DNA from: Verrucomicrobiota bacterium
GTDB taxonomy: Bacteria > Verrucomicrobiota > Verrucomicrobiia > Limisphaerales > AAA164-E04
NCBI GenBank assembly: GCA_047947115.1
Contig: CP170459.1
Location: 2,656,001 to 2,720,000, forward strand
Length of the DNA: 64,000 bases
Direction: 5' to 3'
How positions within the stretch are numbered: the first letter of the stretch is position 1; every line of letters starts with the position of its first letter. The translations under genes were made by a program, and so were the position numbers. Under the pieces are notes generated by a model. That model had not been told where the DNA came from, ran no database searches, and worked only from the letters and a program-made list of their open reading frames with translations. Shown piece by piece: positions 1 through 9,378 of the stretch.

Positions 1-557
1 AGATCGTTGACGAAATACCAGTGAAGGTTGACGTATTCGAAAGCATCTGTCCGGATTGCATCCAGAATGATATCGGGGGTCGCGTGAGTGGAGAATCCGA
101 TATGTCTGGCGCGGCCTTGCTTCTTGAGTTCGTAAGCTGCCTCCAGGCAACCGTTTTTTTGGATCGTCCAATCGAGCAATTGCTGGTTGTTGATACCGTG
201 TATGGACAGGAGATCCACATGGTCCAGACCCAGGTAATTCATCGATGTCTCAAAGGTCTCATAGAACTCCTTTTGTGTCGCAAACGGAGCCACTTTCGTT
301 TGAATCATCATGTCGTCCCGCTTCAGCTTTGGAAGGACCCAGCCCAATTGCATTTCCGATGTCCCGTAGCCACGTGCGGTTTCGATGTGATTGATTCCCA
401 ATTCGAGTGCACGATGGATCGTGGCTTCCAGGTTTTCCTGGTTTTTCTTGGGGATGTCTTCGGGGGCGGTGTCTTGCCATTGGTGCTGATAACGCATGCC
501 TCCGCAGGTAAACACGGGCATTTGCAACTCGGTCTTGCCAAATCGGCGATAATACAT
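1..557 (-). CDS. Aldo/keto reductase family oxidoreductase, 3' end runs off the window
   Basis: Not in the ORF track. Manual translation from ATG at 557 gives MYYRRFGKTELQMPVFTCGGMRY...ALELGINHIETARGYGTSE...IQTKV...LGLDHVDLLSIHGIN...RHIGFSTH, the typical AKR motifs. Confidence 0.88.
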   Translation of the reverse strand, partial: MYYRRFGKTELQMPVFTCGGMRYQHQWQDTAPEDIPKKNQENLEATIHRALELGINHIETARGYGTSEMQLGWVLPKLKRDDMMIQTKVAPFATQKEFYETFETSMNYLGLDHVDLLSIHGINNQQLLDWTIQKNGCLEAAYELKKQGRARHIGFSTHATPDIILDAIRTDAFEYVNLHWYFVND

Positions 558-657
558 AAGGGGTGTTATGCCAGTTGGGGCCATGCTTTGTCAAAAAAAT
601 GAAATACTTTGGTGGATTGGGTTTTCCTTTGGGGCTGACGAGACTATGTTAGGTGGA

Positions 658-1344
658 ATGAAATCTCCATGGACATTTGTTTTTTTATCTCCAACCGCCT
701 TTTTTTCGGTGCTTTTAATGTGCTCCATCGGCTTGGGTGTGGCGGCTCAGAATGGGCCGGCGACTTTCAGTGACCCATTTCAAAAGGAGCTTAAGGATGG
801 TTGGTCCTGGATTCGGGAACATTCCGGGGCTTGGCGCATGACGCCGCGGGCGCTTGAGATCAAGGTCGAACCTGGCAACATGTGGGGAGGCGCCAACGAC
901 GCAAAAAATGTTCTAATGCGTGACCTGCCAGATGCTGCCGGGGACAAATGGACCGTTTCGGCAACTTTTTACAATCAGCCTACCGAGCAATATGAACAGG
1001 TGGATCTGGTATGGTATTATAATGATAGTTATCAGGTGAAAATCGGGCAGGAATTGGTCGATGGTCAACTGAGCATCGTCATGGGACGTGAAGAAAACGA
1101 TCGCACCAAGACCATCGCCATCATACCCTTGGACTCGTTCGAGGTGTCTGTGAAATTCGAGGTAGACGGCGATGTTATTCGAGGATCTTTCAGGAAAAAA
1201 GGGAGCAAGGATTGGATCGTGGCAGGGGAGACCGATTTGCCGGTCCATGGAAAACCGCATATCACAATACAATGTTATCAAGGTCCTTCCGATCAAGAAC
1301 GTTGGGCGCGGATTAGGGATTTTGAACTTCGATCGATTCCCTGA
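658..1344 (+). CDS. Secreted concanavalin-like beta-sandwich protein (DUF1349 / beta-xylosidase C-terminal-like)
   Basis: Signal peptide, then FSDPFQKELKDGWSWIRE...W...ALEIK...GNMWG, NQPTEQYEQVDLVWY. Start uncertain (568, 646 or 658). Confidence 0.6.
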   Translation: MKSPWTFVFLSPTAFFSVLLMCSIGLGVAAQNGPATFSDPFQKELKDGWSWIREHSGAWRMTPRALEIKVEPGNMWGGANDAKNVLMRDLPDAAGDKWTVSATFYNQPTEQYEQVDLVWYYNDSYQVKIGQELVDGQLSIVMGREENDRTKTIAIIPLDSFEVSVKFEVDGDVIRGSFRKKGSKDWIVAGETDLPVHGKPHITIQCYQGPSDQERWARIRDFELRSIP

Positions 1345-1424
1345 ATCTCATGCTTGATAGAAAAAAACAAAATAAAATCACATTAGGACAGTAAATGTCC
1401 CAGGGTGCTGGATAAAGTGGCGGC

Positions 1425-1646
1425 ATGGTTATGAATGCAATCGACATACATCAAGAACGCAGTGTCCGTTTATCGGATAAAGCGAGTGTCAACCGCCGGT
1501 GGACGGAGTTATTCCGGCGTATTGAAGACCTCCCCGAGGGAAAAAGCAACCTGAGCGATGAGGAAAACCCGATCATCGACTATGTTTTTGGACACCGGGA
1601 ACTCGATCTCTACCTGAATCAATTGAGGAAACAGAAGCCTCATTGA
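1425..1646 (+). CDS. Small hypothetical protein
   Basis: 73-aa ORF filling an AT-rich intergenic gap, codirectional with its neighbours; no recognisable motif. Confidence 0.45.
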   Translation: MVMNAIDIHQERSVRLSDKASVNRRWTELFRRIEDLPEGKSNLSDEENPIIDYVFGHRELDLYLNQLRKQKPH

Positions 1647-1717
1647 CTGCTTGGGAATCAAAATATTTCCGGATCGACACTTGAAACCGGATCAAATGAG
1701 CTGTAAAAAGTCTGCCC

Positions 1718-1906
1718 ATGAAAAAATTTTGGTTGCCGACATTTTTGTTTCTGATCACGAGTGCTATATTCTGCTACACCGTGTTCCTGACGGCACGGTC
1801 TGAAGAGGCGGGTGGTCGTCTTATCTGGCCGGTTGTGACATTTTTCTTTGCCTATCTGGGCGCATTCGTCTTCTGGGGATGCCGGGTTGAGGAAGAGCAT
1901 CATTGA
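1718..1906 (+). CDS. Small two-TM membrane protein
   Basis: 62 aa with an MKK start and two hydrophobic helices separated by a short charged loop. Confidence 0.6.
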   Translation: MKKFWLPTFLFLITSAIFCYTVFLTARSEEAGGRLIWPVVTFFFAYLGAFVFWGCRVEEEHH

Positions 1907-2016
1907 TATTTGGCGGATCGTCAACGTAGCCGATGGGCTGCGAGATGCGCCCAGTGTGTCCTGCTTTCGCCGATTTCCTGCTGGATTCCTGTCTTGAGTT
2001 AGGGCAGCATCCTGAC

Positions 2017-3402
2017 ATGAATCCGTATCGTTTCATCCAGCATACCTTGTTGCTTTGCCTGTTGACTGCGTGGAGCGGAGCTTTCCCATTGTCCGCCGCT
2101 CAAACACGTTCTACGACCTATGAATCCGCCGGTGCGATCATGGAAGGGTTTGTCGCTCTTCCTGAGCTGCAGGAGGGCGAATACCGTCCCGGCATCCTTT
2201 TGATTCACGACTGGACCGGTCTACAGGATTACGCCAAGGATCGGGCCCGGCAAATTGCCAACGAACTGGGCTATGTCTGTTTTGCAGCCGATGTTTATGG
2301 CAAGGGGGTTCGCCCGGAGAATCCTCAGGAATGCGGGGTTCAGGCCGGTATCTATCGGGGCGATCGAACTTTGTTTCGCCAACGACTGAACGATGCGCTG
2401 GCTGAGCTCAGAAAGCTCCCAGGCTGCCACCCTGATCACATCGCCGCCATAGGTTATTGCTTTGGCGGCACCGGCGTGATCGAACTTGCCCGAAGCGGTG
2501 CTCCAGTGCTGGGGGTTGTCTCCTTTCATGGCGGGTTGGATTCACCTAAACCAGAGGATGGGCAGCACATCCAAGGTAAAGTCCTGGTGTTGCACGGCGC
2601 AGATGACCCATTCGTTTCCAAGGAAAATCTCACTGCGTTTGTCGCTGAAATGAACCGGTGGAACGTTGATTGGCAGATGGTCAGTTACGGGGGAGCGGTG
2701 CATTCTTTTACCAAGAAAGAGGCAGGTGACAACAAGGAGTCAGGGGCTGCTTACAATGCCGATGCCGACCGCCGGAGTTGGCGTCACATGAAACAATTCT
2801 TCACCGAAATTTTCCCGCATGCCCAGAAGGGTTGGTCTTCGCTTTTTGATGGACGGAGTTTGACCGGTTGGGTTCAGAAAAATGGAACCGCAACGTATGA
2901 GGTACAAGACGGCGTTATCCTTGGAACCACTTCTGAAGGAAGTCCGAATTCCTTCCTTTGTACCACGCGTGATTACCGGGATTTTGAACTGTTGTTCGAA
3001 GTGAACGTCGATGACAGTCTTAATTCGGGGGTGCAGATTCGATCCAGAAGCTTGGGCACCTTCAACGACGGGCGTGTGCACGGTCCCCAGGTGGAGATTG
3101 CCACCAATGGTGATGCTGGATGGGTGTATGGAGAAGCACTTGGGACAGGATGGCTGAGCGCCGATCGGAGCGACGAGAACGCGAGAGCCGCGTTCAAAAA
3201 GGGGGAATGGAACAAATATCGCGTGCGGGCGGTGGGGAATCACATCAGGACCTGGATCAATGGCATCCCGGTGGCCGATCTTCAAGGCGATGAAAACAGT
3301 TTCAAAGAAGGATTCATAGGGCTTCAGGTGCATGGTATTCAAAAAGGCACCGGCCCCTATGAAGTTCGGTGGCGCAATATCTACCTCAAATCCCTGGAGT
3401 GA
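2017..3402 (+). CDS. Secreted dienelactone hydrolase fused to a DUF1080 (3-keto-disaccharide hydrolase-like) domain
   Basis: DLH motifs IHDWTG, AIGYCFGG, VLHGADDP, GAVHSFT; C-terminal DUF1080 motifs SLFDGRSLTGW, NSGVQIRS, GEWNKYRV, GFIGLQVHG, VRWRNIYLK. Confidence 0.88.
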   Translation: MNPYRFIQHTLLLCLLTAWSGAFPLSAAQTRSTTYESAGAIMEGFVALPELQEGEYRPGILLIHDWTGLQDYAKDRARQIANELGYVCFAADVYGKGVRPENPQECGVQAGIYRGDRTLFRQRLNDALAELRKLPGCHPDHIAAIGYCFGGTGVIELARSGAPVLGVVSFHGGLDSPKPEDGQHIQGKVLVLHGADDPFVSKENLTAFVAEMNRWNVDWQMVSYGGAVHSFTKKEAGDNKESGAAYNADADRRSWRHMKQFFTEIFPHAQKGWSSLFDGRSLTGWVQKNGTATYEVQDGVILGTTSEGSPNSFLCTTRDYRDFELLFEVNVDDSLNSGVQIRSRSLGTFNDGRVHGPQVEIATNGDAGWVYGEALGTGWLSADRSDENARAAFKKGEWNKYRVRAVGNHIRTWINGIPVADLQGDENSFKEGFIGLQVHGIQKGTGPYEVRWRNIYLKSLE

Positions 3403-3508
3403 TCTTTTCCGTAACTTCGGGGGGGATCATGGTTGTCACATTGCATGACAAGCAATATCCAAAGGTAAACTTTTATTGTTTGGACCGAAGCAACATCAAC
3501 TCATCAAT

Positions 3509-4093
3509 ATGAACAAGAAAAACCTGCCCTGGATGGGCGCATTGTTTGGGCTCCTGCTTTCCGTATCCGGATTGCAGGCCGATCATCACGAAGCAGCCGA
3601 CTTGAATGTGGGGGACAAAGCTCCTGAATTCACCGCCATCGATCAGGATGGTCACCTTTGGAAAACTTCCTCATTGAAAGGGGAAAAAAACCTGGTGGTT
3701 TACTTTTACCCGGCAGCCATGACCGGTGGATGTACCAAACAGGCCTGCGCCTTTCGTGATGACGCTTCCAAATTGAAAGATCTGGACACAGTTGTCGTGG
3801 GCGTCAGTGGCGATGCCCCTGCCGGCTTGAAAGTGTTTCAGCAGACCCATGATTTGAACTTTGACTTGTTGGCCGACTACAACGGGGCCATTGCCAAAGC
3901 CTTTGGTGTACCGCTGCGCGATGGAGGGACGATCGAGCGCCAATTCCTTGGCAAAGCTGTTTCCCTCGAGCGCGGTGTGACCGCCAGCCGATGGACCTTC
4001 GTCATCAATAAGGAAGGCAAAGTGATCTACAAGAACACCAAGGTGGAAGCCGCCCAGGACAGCGCCAATGTGATTGCCGTCCTGAGCAAATAA
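3509..4093 (+). CDS. bcp: Exported peroxiredoxin, BCP/PrxQ family
   Basis: VGDKAPEF, VVYFYPAAMTGGCTKQAC (PxxxTxxC), RWTFVI; N-terminal signal peptide. Confidence 0.88.
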   Translation: MNKKNLPWMGALFGLLLSVSGLQADHHEAADLNVGDKAPEFTAIDQDGHLWKTSSLKGEKNLVVYFYPAAMTGGCTKQACAFRDDASKLKDLDTVVVGVSGDAPAGLKVFQQTHDLNFDLLADYNGAIAKAFGVPLRDGGTIERQFLGKAVSLERGVTASRWTFVINKEGKVIYKNTKVEAAQDSANVIAVLSK

Positions 4094-4134
4094 AACGGTT
4101 GCCGATTGGTAACATTTCCGTCACCATTTTGGTG

Positions 4135-4179
4135 AGCCCGAAAGGTAGAGTGAATCTAACCTTTCGGGCTGTTTTTTTT
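4135..4179 (+). terminator. Rho-independent terminator
   Basis: AGCCCGAAAGGTAGA-gtgaa-TCTAACCTTTCGGGCT followed by a T-tract, just downstream of the peroxiredoxin gene. Confidence 0.8.
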
Positions 4180-4209
4180 GTATAAACGCATTGAACAGGA
4201 AAATGAATC

Positions 4210-6300
4210 ATGATCATTGAACGGTTCCAACATGATGGTGACTGCCGCATCAGATTTTTTGCGGTTTTGATGTGGATTGTTTTGTCTTTGAGTGCTGCAT
4301 CCGCCTCGGAGGTGATGTCCATTGGTCAATTGCGCTCCGGTCGTCCGGTGGCCGGGGCTCCTTTTGATATTCGTCCGCGGCATGAAGGCACAACAGTGCG
4401 AGTGCAGGGAGTGATTCATCAGAAACTCCTCTGGCCGGGCAGTCAATCGGATCGTCCGAATCATGCGTTCTTGATTCAAAACCTTCCGGACCATGCTGAC
4501 GGCAATGACAGCACCTCCGATGGGCTGCTCGTTTACACTGGCAAACCGGTTCTTCCACGCGAAGGGCGGGACGCCGATTACCTGCCACGCGTGGGGGATT
4601 GGGTTGTGTTGGAAGGACGGCTGCAACATCGATATGGCCAGACTGAACTCAGTCGTCCTCGTCTCATTCAAGTGGTAAAGACAGAGTTGGACCTGTCATC
4701 CGCATTGCCATTCATTGAGTTGAAACCCTTTCCAGATCGGGCCAAAACGCTTTCCTACCTGGAACGTTTGGAAGGGATGAGAGTGACACTTCCCGCTGAT
4801 GCTTTGGTGGTATCCGGGAGAAAAGTGATTGGAAGTGGGATCGAATCCTACGCCTGGCTGATACCGGCATCCGCCCCAGTCGCTCTCAGATCGCAACCCT
4901 ATTACAATCGGGTTTTTCGTGATGCGCATCCATTGGATGATATTCCTAATACTTTATTCGATAACGATAACGGTTTCAGGATTCTCTTGGGAAGTCATGG
5001 AATCAAAGGGTTGACCGGGCGGGCCGATGCATTACTGCCCGCTTTGCGCGTGGGAGATCGTTTGACACAGGCTTGTGTAGGCGGGGTGATTTACTCTTAT
5101 CAGCAGTACAAAATCATGCCAATGCAAGTTCCTGATTTTGAGCGAGGACTGGACCCGGCTGAGAATATCATTCCTGAAGTGTTCGAGCGAGATTCAACTG
5201 CAGCAGGGGTGCGGCTTGCCACCTTTAATGTGGAAAATCTCTATGATCATCGGGACGATCCATCTGATCCTTGTGATGCCTTCGATGACCCTGGTAACCA
5301 AACTATCCAACCGCCATTCAACTATTTACCGGCAAACGAGACCCTTTACCGGAATCGGCTGGCAGGTTTGGCTAAACAGGTTGTTTTTGATATGAAGGAG
5401 CCAGAATTGATTCTGGTGCAAGAATTTGAAGATCAAGATATCTTGAGTTTTGGAGAAGCCGGTAAAACCTTTCCCAAGCCTGGATCTGATGGATTACCTG
5501 ATGTGCTTCAGGAATGGTCACGCGTGATTCGATCCATGGGAGGTCCTTACTATGGGGTCGCCCAACACCGAAAAGGGGCCGATGCCAGGGGGATCAGTTG
5601 TGGATTCCTTTTCCGTACCGATAGAGTGAAGCTTAAGCCATTGGGACAGAAAGGTTCCTGGCTAAGCAAAGTGAGGCAAACCTTCCCCGCGGCTCAAATG
5701 TTAGGCGATGCTTCTAAAGCTGTGCCTCTGGCCATTCAATCCGTTCGCCCCAAACCGGATCAGGATGGATCGATCGTTTATGCCCGGCCACCTCAAATAG
5801 CTCGATTTCAGTTTGAGGCCGAAGGGCAGTATGTTGGAATGGAGTTGGTTGTGATCAATGCGCACTTTGCCAGCCGACCCAATGAACGTGTTGCTCTCCG
5901 TCGTGATCAGTCATCATTAGTGGCTGAGTTTGGCAAAGCATGGGTAGAGGCGAATCCCGGGGTGGGGGTGGTTATCGGAGGAGATTTGAACGTGTTTCCG
6001 CGTCCCGATGATCCATTCAGCCAGACTCAATCCGACCAATTGGGAGCCTTATACGGATCTGGCGCACTTTCGGTCTACGATTGGATTGTGAAGCGTAAGC
6101 CGGAGAATGCGTATTCCTATGTGTATGATGGACAATCGCAAACATTGGATCACCTCTTCATGGTCGGAGAAGTCAAAGACAGGTTCCACAGCGCGACATT
6201 CCTGCACATCAACTGTGATTGGCCTGATCGAGTCGATGATTCAGGCAACTCACCGCGCGGGATCAGTGATCATGATCCGCTCATTGTATCTTTTCGGTAA
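4210..6300 (+). CDS. Extracellular nuclease, ExeM/NucH-like (OB-fold plus EEP domain)
   Basis: OB-fold VQGVI...FLIQ...DGNDSTSDGLLVY, LERLEGMRV; EEP motifs ATFNVENL, LVQE, NAHFAS, GGDLN, YSYVYDGQSQTLDH, SDHDP. Confidence 0.85.
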   Translation: MIIERFQHDGDCRIRFFAVLMWIVLSLSAASASEVMSIGQLRSGRPVAGAPFDIRPRHEGTTVRVQGVIHQKLLWPGSQSDRPNHAFLIQNLPDHADGNDSTSDGLLVYTGKPVLPREGRDADYLPRVGDWVVLEGRLQHRYGQTELSRPRLIQVVKTELDLSSALPFIELKPFPDRAKTLSYLERLEGMRVTLPADALVVSGRKVIGSGIESYAWLIPASAPVALRSQPYYNRVFRDAHPLDDIPNTLFDNDNGFRILLGSHGIKGLTGRADALLPALRVGDRLTQACVGGVIYSYQQYKIMPMQVPDFERGLDPAENIIPEVFERDSTAAGVRLATFNVENLYDHRDDPSDPCDAFDDPGNQTIQPPFNYLPANETLYRNRLAGLAKQVVFDMKEPELILVQEFEDQDILSFGEAGKTFPKPGSDGLPDVLQEWSRVIRSMGGPYYGVAQHRKGADARGISCGFLFRTDRVKLKPLGQKGSWLSKVRQTFPAAQMLGDASKAVPLAIQSVRPKPDQDGSIVYARPPQIARFQFEAEGQYVGMELVVINAHFASRPNERVALRRDQSSLVAEFGKAWVEANPGVGVVIGGDLNVFPRPDDPFSQTQSDQLGALYGSGALSVYDWIVKRKPENAYSYVYDGQSQTLDHLFMVGEVKDRFHSATFLHINCDWPDRVDDSGNSPRGISDHDPLIVSFR

Positions 6301-6361
6301 TGATTGCTGTATTTGTATCCATCATGCAGGCAACATATTGTGAATTAAGGTTGCGCTTTTT

Positions 6362-6530
6362 GGAGTGCAGTGGGCAAGACACCACTCTGGATACAGTACG
6401 AATTCCAAAACCTGCTCAAATGCAAAAATCATGACTGACACCTCACAGATGCCGCTCCCGGGGGGGGGGGTAAGGGCATCTTTTCCCTGGGGTATCCAGA
6501 GCAAGAGCAGTGTCAGGACCACCGTACTCC
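6362..6530. repeat. Imperfect inverted repeat pair (REP/REPIN-like, GGAGTG type) enclosing a G11 tract
   Basis: Left arm GGAGTGCAGTGGGCAAGACACCACTCTGGATAC (6362-6394) versus the reverse complement of 6492-6530, GGAGTACGGTGGTCCTGACACTGCTCTTGCTCTGGATAC. Confidence 0.65.
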
Positions 6531-6609
6531 GGAATGGATCTTGGTTTCAGCTGGTCTTACTGATTGTGTATTGGTTATGGCAGTTTTGTGACGTTTTCAT
6601 TCTTCTGCG

Positions 6610-6639
6610 TTGACGTTTTTGTGGCTCCTTGTATAGGCT
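6610..6639 (+). promoter_or_regulatory. Candidate sigma70 promoter of the LamG gene
   Basis: TTGACG, a 16-18 nt spacer, then TATAGG/TAGGCT, about 50 nt upstream of the ATG at 6691. Confidence 0.35.
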
Positions 6640-6690
6640 GGCTTCTTCCCAGAGCTATTTTAGCTAACAACCAAACAACACACTTGAAGT

Positions 6691-9308
6691 ATGATGAACA
6701 AATATAAACCAAGAACCAGTGCCGGACTCGGCTTGTTGGGGGGCTTGCTCCTCGCCGCGAGTGGTCAGGTGCAGGGACAAATCAGCAATGGCCTTGTTTC
6801 CTATTGGCCATTGGACGCATTGAACGGAACCAAGACGCCGGACACGGTCAGCTTCTATGACATGGATGCAGCAAACCTCACGGCGGACGATGTCGTACCT
6901 GGAAAATTTGGAAATGCATTTTCCTTTTCCAACGAACGTCAGACCCTTCTGTCCCGTGTGCACCAAGCGGACGATAATCTGCCTGCCAACAAGCATGCGG
7001 CTCACACGATTTCCATGTGGGTGAATGTTGCCGGTGCGGGGCAAAACGACCTGCGAGTATTCTCGGAAGGGAACACCACTGACAGTAACCCGTTGTTTAA
7101 CATTGGAACACACAACGGTGGCGCGGATGGCAGTGTGGATCTTTACATCCGTCAGAATGGTTGGGCTACATTTGGTCACGCTTACACCACGCAGCAACCC
7201 TTTATTGCTGATGAATGGCATCACATCGCTTGGGTTCAGGAAGCTGATGGAAGTCGTACCATGTATGTCGACGGCAATGCCGATGAACTTGATATTACAC
7301 CTAAAGAAGAAGGCGATTGGCTTGTCAACAATACCTCTATCGGTGGTATCTTGCGTGCTTCCGCTTCACACTGGGCGACCTCATTGGCGGTGGTGAAGCT
7401 GATCCCGGCGCCGAAGGCCTGGTGGCCCACTGGCCCCTGGACCAGATCCAAGGAACCAAAACTCCCGATATCGTTAATGGATATGACATGGATATCACCA
7501 ATCTAACCGATGCGGATGTGGTTCCTGGTAAGAACGGAAACGCATTTTCTTTCGAAAACGCTCGTCAGACGCTTCTTTCACGTGTGCATGAGGCAGACGA
7601 TCAATTGCCAGCCAACAAGCATGCGGCTCACACGATTTCCATGTGGGTGAATGTTGCCGGTGCGGGGCAAAACGACCTGCGAGTTTTCTCCGAAGGGAAC
7701 ACCACTGACAGTAACCCTTTGTTTAACATAGGAACACACAGCGGCGGTGCGGATGGCAGTGTGGATCTTTATATCCGCCAGAATGGGTGGGATACTTTCG
7801 GCCACGCTTACACGACTCAGCAACCATTCATCGCTGATGAATGGCATCACATTGCTTGGGTACAGCAAGCTGATGGATCACGCACCATGTGGGTTGACGG
7901 TAATGCGGATGAATTGGAAATTCCTGCAAAACCAGAAGGCGATTGGCTTGTCAACAATACCTCCATCGGTGGTATCTTGCGTGCTTCCGCCTCACACTGG
8001 GTGACCGGTTTGATCGATGATGTTGCGATCTGGAGCCGCGCATTGAGCGGTGACGAAATCCAAAGCGTCATTGACAACGGCGTGCCAAGCGCTGGTGGCG
8101 GCAACAAGCGTCCGCTGGCGATCAACAGTTTTGCTGCTGAATACACTTCCGCAGCCAAAGGCGGTAACGTTGTGCTGTCTTGGGACGCTTCTGCTGATGC
8201 GAAATTGTATATCAGCCATGGAGTGGGAGAGGTAACTGCAAACTCCGAGTTTGGCGTTGGCAGTGTCTCTGTCCCCGTGGAAGGAACTTCCAATTTTAAA
8301 CTGACCGCCGTCCGCGATGGTCAGAGTGTCACAGCAAATGCTCTGGTGACAGCTTACGAAGGTGTCAATGAAGGTTGGAGTCTGATTGAAAACTTCGAAA
8401 CTCTCGAAGCGGACGCTAGCGTCAACCAGCAGGGTCGCTGGAAGAACCCTGAAGGAACAACCGCTGTGGTGAACACAGACTCACCATCCGGCAATGCTCT
8501 TACCGTGAATGGAACTGCATTGAGCGCCATCTTGCTGGGCTCCAAAACAATCAAGGAAGGTGAAAAAGCAACCTTGTTCTTCCGTGTTTACACCGAAGAG
8601 GGAGATGCTCCCGCCATTCAGGTCAACGTTGGTTTGAGTGAAAAACCGATTCGCTTCATTGGTGACTTCGCCAATGCAGTCGGTCCTTTTGTGCAGTTCA
8701 GCGATCTGGAAGGTTTCGGCATCGACATGTATGCCATCGACGGATTCCAGGGCACTTTGGACTGGACCGGTTCTACTGTGGATTATGAAACCATCTATGA
8801 TGTCTGGCTGGATGTAGAAAACAACAATCTGGAAGATGGCGACAAATTCACCATGTATTTCCGTGAAGCAGGTGATGATGGCGACCGCACGGAAGCCTTT
8901 GCAGGTTATACTTCCGATCGTAATCCTGCCGGTAGCACGGACCTCGGATTGCCCGGACCTGATCTCGATACGCTGTTTATCAGTTCGCACAGTGGTGCCG
9001 TTGTGGCGGGGCAAATCCTGGTGGATGACTTCTACATCAGCAGCGGTGGATATAATGACAGTGTACCTGCCGCTCTCGGTGGCTTGACTGTGACCGATGA
9101 AATCATTGATGACACTCCTGTGGTTGACCCTGAGCCAGGCGCCATCACTGGTATTGCCATTTCCGGTAATGAAGTGACCATCGAGTACACCGGAACTTTG
9201 AAATCCTCCAACAGCGTGACCGGTCCTTATGAAGCCGTTGCCGGAGCATCCGGTCCTTCCTATACCGTGAATGCCGACCAAGCTCAGCAGTTCTACATTG
9301 CTGACTGA
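6691..9308 (+). pseudogene. Secreted tandem LamG (concanavalin-like) surface protein, frameshifted by an internal deletion near 7375 (ORFs 6691-7506 and 7317-9308)
   Basis: Signal peptide; two near-identical LamG repeats (GLVSYWPLD / GLVAHWPLD...EWHHIAWV...GLIDDVAIWSRALS) offset by 626 nt, which is not a multiple of 3. Repeat 1 lacks the closing GLIDDVAIW strand. Acidic C-terminal region. Confidence 0.8.
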
Positions 9309-9344
9309 TTTACGGAACGGATCAAATTCAATCTGAAAGCACAT

Positions 9345-9372
9345 GCCTCCCACTTCGGTGGGAGGCTTTTTT
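9345..9372 (+). terminator. Rho-independent terminator
   Basis: GCCTCCCAC-TTCG-GTGGGAGGC followed by TTTTTT. Confidence 0.9.
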
Positions 9373-9378
9373 GTTGGG

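Noticed and set aside
21..602. 193-aa plus-strand ORF
   Set aside because: It is the antisense shadow of the aldo/keto reductase gene on the minus strand.
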